From the NCBI RefSeq assembly GCF_009914755.1, contig NC_060933.1: a stretch of DNA of 64,000 bases; one strand, written 5' to 3'. The notes under the pieces were generated by a model that did no database searches, was not told the DNA's origin, and saw only the letters and a program-made list of their open reading frames with translations. This DNA comes from the human T2T-CHM13v2.0 reference genome, Homo sapiens. Below are positions 57,581 to 64,000 of the stretch, piece after piece. Numbering within the stretch: position 1 is the first letter of the stretch; the number at the start of each line of letters is the position of its first letter. The translations under genes were made by a program, and so were the position numbers.

Positions 57581-60500
57581 AGAGTTAACACTGATTCTCA
57601 GAGACCTGAGGCTTCAGGATGCCCCCGTTCCGAGTGGGGGCACATGGGGAGCAGGTAATAAATGGAGCCCTGGCCAAGGTCTAGTTTACAGTGGATCCAT
57701 CCACTGGGTCCACAGACCCATCTCATCATGACTAACTGAGACCAACATACAGCAGGTCCTCAAATAATGTTTTGTTCAACACATTTCATTAACATCGATG
57801 ACAGGAAAAAAAATCCATTCCCAGCTGGGGCCACTGTCTGTGTGGGGTCTGCAGGCTCTCCCCATGTCTGTGTGGGTCTTCTCCGTACACTCTGATTTCC
57901 TCCTACATCCCAAAGACATGCACGTTAGGTGAACTGGTATGTCTAAATTGTCCCAGTCTGAGCGGGTGTGTGTGAGTGTGCCCTGTGATGGGATGGCGTC
58001 CTGTCCAGGGTTGGTTTCTGCCTGGCACCCTAAGCTGCTGGGATAGCTGCCAGCCACCCAAGGCCCTGAAATGGAACAAGCAGGTAAATAATTATCTTGT
58101 TTCTATTAATCTTTCTTAAATGTATGTATAGCTCACATTTACTTCAATGTTTAATATCAGAAGTGTTTTGGTCTTAATTTAGAAGTTTGGTGATGTTTTG
58201 CTGTAGGAACTTAACTCTTGTTATTTCAATTAGCCTAGGGTAAAATTAGCCTTGTTATACATTGTTTTGCTTCAAGTCGCAATTCCCAGGAACCTATCGA
58301 TGATGCTAAATGAGAACTTATTGTATTTGACAATTTCTACAACCACATTAGGTCCTTGGTCTATGGGGTAAGATCTACCAGAGTAGGGAAGGCCGAATGG
58401 AAGTCTCTGATACACCCTGCTTCTGCACTGCCTCCCCCACCCCCAATACTGCATTAAAAACCAATATTGCATCCCAGGGCAATGGCAGAGATTAGTGCCA
58501 CCTGGAAGGATCTAAAGGACGCAGGGGGCAGTGGTCCCACTTTACGTCTGTTTCATTTACCAGCCTGCCCCCTGCAGAAACCAGATGAATCCTGGAGGAC
58601 TGCAGACCTCTGCGAGCTCAATCAGGCAGGGAGCCCTGATTGCCACCATGGTATCAGATGTGGCATCTTTGCTAGAGCAGAACAATATGGCCTCAGGTCA
58701 TACAAAGCCATCACTGATTTAGTGAATGCCTTTTTTTCTATCCCAGTCAAAAACAAGACTCAGGAACAGTTCATATTTCCATGAAATAGACAATATACAC
58801 TTAGAGTTCTGACTTAGGGCAAGTTCTCTTGCCCTTTGTTATAATATATAACACCCATCACAGTAGTCCCAGTGGCCCTCCCCAGCTCATGCCTGTGGTT
58901 GCCTGGGGGAATCCTACATGAGCATACGGAGGAAGGGGGAAGTGTCCAAGCTTGGTTTACAGACAGGTCACTCTGGCATGTGGGTAAAAGCCAAAAATCC
59001 ATGGCAGCTGCATTACAAACTCACTCGGGGTGACAGAAAAGACAGCTGTGAGGGAAAAGCCTCCCAAGAAGTAGGGCTTCAAGCAGTGCCCTTTATATGG
59101 GAAAAGCAGCAGCTCAAGGCTAGACTACAGGAAGACTCATGGGCAGCAGTGAGTGGTCTGCTCAGATTGTCAAGGTCCTAGAAGGAAAAAGATTGGAAAG
59201 TCAGGACAAGAAAGTATGAGGTATGGACATGTACATGGGCATATGGGGAGGGGACACGAAGGGTGGAAAAGCTTTGTGTCACATGTCATCACCCACCATG
59301 GAAAAGGCATTAAACAACCAAGCAGAAAAGTGACCCAACCAGTTGACATCAGCCATCCCATTGTTAGCATGATAGACCCATGAATAAAGTGGCCACAGTG
59401 ACAGAAACGGACCCAACAGCATGGACGTGCACTTATTAAAGCTGATCTAGTTGCTAATGCCAAAAAATAACCCATCTACCAATGACAGAGACCATCATCA
59501 AGTTCCCAAAATGGCACTATTCCTCAAGGAGCACAACCATCAACGTGGTGCAAGTTAATGGACTCCTTCTATCTTGGAAGGCCAGATATTTGTCCAACAG
59601 AAATAGACACGCCTTCCAACTAAGGGTTTGCCCTTCTGACTCACAGGGCCTGAGTCAGCACCACCATCCAAGGGCTTAGTGACAATCTTTGAACCAACAG
59701 CACTGGATCCCACATAATATTATATCAAATCAAGGAAACCCCTTTCTGTAGTAGGCCCATGATCATGGAATTCATTGATCACATCACATACTACCACCCA
59801 GCAGATGTGGTCTAGCCTGCTGAAGGCACAGCTGAAGCACCAGCTTGGAGACACTACTCAGCAAAGATGGGGTATGGGGTACCATCCTCCAGGATGCAGT
59901 ATATGCACTGAATCAAAGACCTTTTTATGGTGCTCTCCCCTAATAGGAAGAATACTTGGGTCTGGGAGTCAAGGGGAGGAAGCAGGAGTGTCCTCTACAC
60001 TCCATAATTCCTGATATCCCATGGTAGACTTCAAGCATCCCCCTTCCAGAACTCTGGGCTTTGCAGAGTTAGAGATCCTGGTCTGCAAAGCCCAAGTCTG
60101 GATCCCCATACTTTTGCCTGGGAATAGCAGGGATCTCACTGCATTATAAGCTATGGCTGCCACCTGGGCACTTTGGGCTCCTGGTCTAGGGACCAGTAGT
60201 CAAAAAGAAGAGTCACCATCTTGCCAAATTGGTTCTGCTCGTAAGAAGCAGGGGCTGCTGTTACACAATGGAAGCAGAGACAAATATTGTGGAGCCTGGG
60301 TACCCCTGGATACTCCCTTGCTCGATTTTGACCGTGAATGAAGACATAGCAACTCTGGCCTGAGAAAGGCACAGTGATGAGGGGCTCAGACCTGCCAGGG
60401 ATGAAGTGCTGGGTCTTGCCACTATGGGAGCCACTGGAGCCGGCAGAGGTCACAGCTAAGGGTGAGCCAAATCTGGAATGGATGTCAAAGGAGAGAGAGA

Positions 60501-60660
60501 ACGAGACTAACTGCAGAGGTGGAGGCTATAGTTGATCTTGATCCCACGAAGCTTCTAAGCTCTCCCTCAGGAAGGGAGGCCCCACTGGACTCCTGGAGGG
60601 GCAGCTCCTCAAATGTACGTAGTAGAATTGTAGAAGTAGAACTGAGCAACACAGGATAGC
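57581..60660 (+). pseudogene. ERV-L (HERV16/ERV3-16A3-like) internal remnant: protease, RT N-terminus, RNase H, integrase, dUTPase
   Basis: Frameshifted peptides ELTLI, VGAHGEQVINGALAKV, LQKPDESWR, DVASLLEQ, DLVNAFFSIPV, DSCEGKASQ, FVSHV, LLKAQLKHQLGD, YALNQRP, LPPGHFGLL and LLLHNG match HERV-L pro/pol/dUTPase motifs in the correct order. Confidence 0.9.
57750..58323 (+). mobile_element. MER6A (TcMar-Tigger), full length, inserted in the ERV protease region
   Basis: TA-cagcaggtcctc ... tgagaacttattg-TA; internal ttcctcctacatcccaaagacatgcacgttagg. Confidence 0.9.
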
Positions 60661-60716
60661 TGAGAAGACAGGGAGACGCAGTGATACATAAGTGTCTGGC
60701 AGTGAAGAACACAGCA

Positions 60717-61122
60717 CAGTTGGCCCTTGAACAACATGAGTTTGAACCACACAGGTCCACTTAAATATTGAGATTTTCTTCCACCTCTGCCACTCCTGAG
60801 ACAGCAAGACCAACCTCCTCCTCCTTACTCTACTCAACATGAAGACCATGAGGATGAAGACCTTTATGAGGATCCACTTCCACTTAATGAACAGTAAATA
60901 TTTTTTCACTTCCTTATGATTTTCTTAATGACATATTCTTTTCTCTAGATATTTTATTGTAAGAATACAGTATGTAATGCATACAACCTACAAAATATGT
61001 GTTAATCAACTATGCCATTGGTAAGGCTATTAGTAGTTAAGCTTTTGGGGAGTCAAAAGTCACGCACATTTTTGACTATGGTGGGGGATGGGTACCCCTA
61101 ACGCTGTGTTAAGGGTCAACTG
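60717..61122 (+). mobile_element. Tigger2a (MER28)
   Basis: TIRs cagttggcccttgaacaac / gttaagggtcaactg-TA. Confidence 0.92.
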
Positions 61123-61315
61123 TAGTTTAACAGTGGGTATTCATTGTAAAAAATAAAATTAAAATTAAAAGCCAAGTTTTTCTCCTCTGTAAGCCCTTAT
61201 CTTATCATGTTGAAAGGTTGTACAAATCTGCCGCTTCCGGAGAATAAAGAATTAACTTCCAGCATGCTGGAGCTTAGCCATCTAGTAATAGTATCACAGC
61301 TGATGAAGATCAGGG

Positions 61316-61720
61316 TAGACAAGGAGATGCAATGGCAGATCCTCTTCCAGGAAGAACCTGCTGTCTGGCTACAGGACAGCGATCGACATACAGCCTCCAG
61401 CTATCGGCATGTTCAGGGTCAGCCTCTGCTGCAGACAGCTATCTCACCGAGGTCACAGCCTTCCTGGAGCCACCTGCATATGGTGACTGAGTGAGGCAGG
61501 GGTACAAAGGCCCAGACTTTTGGCCAACACAGGACAAGGCAGGTAACCCTGCTGCAGAGATCCCCTGGGTTGACCGAGGCGTTGCCAGCCCTGCACTGTA
61601 GGCTGCCATCTCCCCCAGCAGTCCTGCTTCCTCCCACTTTCTTTCACAGGGGGTGATCCCTAATAAATATATTGCAGCCCAATTCCAACTCAACCTCTGC
61701 TTCCTGAGAACCTAATCCTC
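61316..61720 (+). mobile_element. LTR16-family LTR, near complete
   Basis: TATA-like ggtacaaaggccc, tcctgcttcctccc...tcacagg, poly(A) signal ccctaataaa, terminal ctctgcttcctgagaacc. Confidence 0.85.
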
Positions 61721-61729
61721 TGCCTTGTA

Positions 61730-61920
61730 CTACAGCTGAGACATACAGATTCCGGGTTCTCTGTGCCCAGGTTTGAATTCCAGTCCCAGCACTTCCTAGC
61801 TGGGGGCCTCCAGACAAGGTGGGAGCTTCGGTGTTGGCCTCTGTAAAGCTGAGGCAAGTAACGGTACCTCTCAAAGGACAGCGTTCAAACTACATGAGTG
61901 CTCTATGCGGTGGCTTTCAT
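61730..61920 (+). mobile_element. MIR
   Basis: ggtttgaattccagtcccagcacttcctagctg...ctctgtaaa...taacggtacctc. Confidence 0.65.
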
Positions 61921-64000
61921 TATTAACCAGTCCGATGGTGTTCCTTCCCTCACTGCAGACTGCTTTGGTTGGTGATCTCTCATCTAATTTCTTTGAACTC
62001 TGAGTCTATAAATCTGGGCTCATTTGTAGAACAGAAATATCTGTTCCCACTGGCTGATAAAGTCTTGCTGCTCTGCCAAAAAGCACTGCTAACAGGGCAG
62101 AGTTCCAGGGCCACAGAGCACCAAAGCAGAAAGCTCTAATTCTTAGTACACGAGTGCTGAAACCATCCCCTCCATTTGCAAAGAACCAGAAGGAATGGGC
62201 GAGGTTCACACGCAAGTCTCAGAAACAAAAAGGGAAGGAGCGCACTTGGGGAGAGCTACGAACAGCAAAACAGGGTAGTGATTCTATAATACCACTCAAA
62301 AGCATCATCTTAAAAAAAAAAAAGACACATTTTTAATATCCTTTTTTTTTTTCCTTCCTCCTCCATTGGTCACTTCCTATCCTCCAAGAAGGGAAGACAG
62401 TGGTAGATGATCAGTGGGAGCATTATAGGAGCGGGAAACCAAGAAGTTCCAGGCCTGGATCTGTTACTGAAAAGTCTCAGAACTCACTGGAGAAAAATGC
62501 TTCACTTATCTGCATCCTTATTTCCTTCACTATGAAATGAGGGTAGAAAGGAGATGCCTTCTGGCTCTTCCAGGTCTGGGTTTTCATGACGCTCTAAATA
62601 CTACCCAACGATGTCAGAGGTTCCTTAGGGGTGACGGAAATTCCATCTACCGTCTAAATGCCTACTCAATAAATTGCACTGAATTAATTGGTCATAGGAG
62701 ACCTTTAAATTCTAAGTGCTCCTTTGTTTAAAATTAAAAAGTGTAAAAAGTATTAATAAGGAAAAAGAATGGTGGGGTGAGGTCTGTACAAACCAATCCT
62801 AGCCCCACATTTGATGTGTAAAGTCAGGTCCTGTACAAGCCACACTTGGGAGGCACGTCCATGTTAACTGACAGGAAGAAGGAGGGAAAAGGAAATTGGT
62901 GGCTTTGATTTACTTAATGTATTTACTTAATTTCAATTGTTTTATTTTTTCCACAGTGCCCAAGTCCACCAAAAAAAAAAAAATCTAAATCTATTTTGTT
63001 ACCTGTCAAATAGGGAAAGGACAGCTTTCTAGAGCTACTGTGCCTGGGATTCATGCTAGTTTAAGGAGCTGATAAAACATGAAACAAAAATTTAAGACTG
63101 TGAGAGACTTCTAAGGAAACCTTTGGAACACTGTGATGCCCCAAGGTTTCTTCTCCGGGGACATTAAGTACCCAGCAAATCGAACTCCCTGTGTGGGGAC
63201 CTGAAGCTGCAAAGAAAGAGTTCCATTCCTTTAAAAGACATACCTGGGAATATCTTTGCCGGAGCCCCAAAACATAGCAGGGTAAGAGAGAGTTGGAAGG
63301 TGAGGAGAAGTTTCAGCTCAACCATCCATAATGAAGTCTATCTATGGGCCGGGTCCACGAAAAAGTTCCCAAAGCCGGTCCTGTCCTATCATGATGTGTC
63401 CATCAATGTCAGAGACTAGGTCTTTTGTAAGTTTCATGTGAGACCCAAGTCTGGAAAAGTCTCTTGGTGTGGTTACTGAAGGGTTAAAGACAAGGTTTCT
63501 AAGGGACAAAGATGAACAGGACAATGGGGGTCACCCTGGCATTGACCCCAGAAGAAAGGCCTTCTTCTGGATCCAAAAGGCCTCTTTGCTGGTCCCCAAG
63601 GTACATTGCAAGCTCCTTAAGGGAAGGTTATTCATCACTGAATACCAGCACCAAACACTGTAGATATTAGATTTTATTTACTGAATTGCAAAAATGAATA
63701 AAAAGCATAGTGCCAATAAAATAACAATTACAGATAAAGAAGAGCAAGAATCTAGACTTCAGTGCTTCAAAGATAAGTTTTTCTACCAAAAGAAAATAAA
63801 AAATCAGGACAAACTAATTAAAAGCCTGTCACCAGCACCAACTCCAGCCCCACAGCTATCACATCTGTACAGGAAAGGAGGTGACAAGGTTAAGAAACAC
63901 CATGAAATACTTAAGCAAAACTTGGAGTGTTTGGACTTGTTGGTGTTCCAGCCCACAACTACTGTTTCCTCTGAACTCCTCACAGCAACTAGTGGAATGA

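Noticed and set aside
58467-58784. 105-aa RT-like ORF as a possible domesticated gene
   Set aside because: Homology switches frames within it, it ends at a premature stop, and the catalytic core is deleted

Overview
Primate (human-like) non-coding genomic DNA. I find no supportable protein-coding exon, RNA gene, CpG-island promoter or CRISPR array. The supplied ORFs are Alu read-throughs, simple-repeat frames or chance ORFs. The exceptions are fossil peptide remnants of an ERV-L pro/pol/dUTPase (57.6-60.7 kb) and of CR1/L3 ORF2 (4.9 kb). The window holds about 25 Alus, several L1/L2/MIR/CR1/HAL1 fragments, DNA transposons (MER1A, MER6A, MER58A, MER5A, MER103C, MER104, Tigger2a x2, Tigger3b), LTR elements (LTR33, LTR78-like, MLT1, LTR16) and a 0.9 kb G/T-rich trinucleotide repeat with higher-order structure. 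LTR and long L1 orientation suggests an intron of a minus-strand gene that I cannot name. Most notable: (1) an ancient duplication around an LTR16/ERV-L provirus in which flanking sequence is duplicated with the LTR; (2) a near-perfect 21-bp-stem hairpin at 55.05 kb; (3) a clean 51-nt minus-strand candidate exon abutting a (CCAG)n STR; (4) the (GGT/GAT) VNTR upstream of a strong minus-strand 3' splice site; (5) small retrotransposition scars. Repeat family names come from my recollection of consensus sequences and need RepeatMasker/Dfam confirmation. I see no convincing new multi-gene system.
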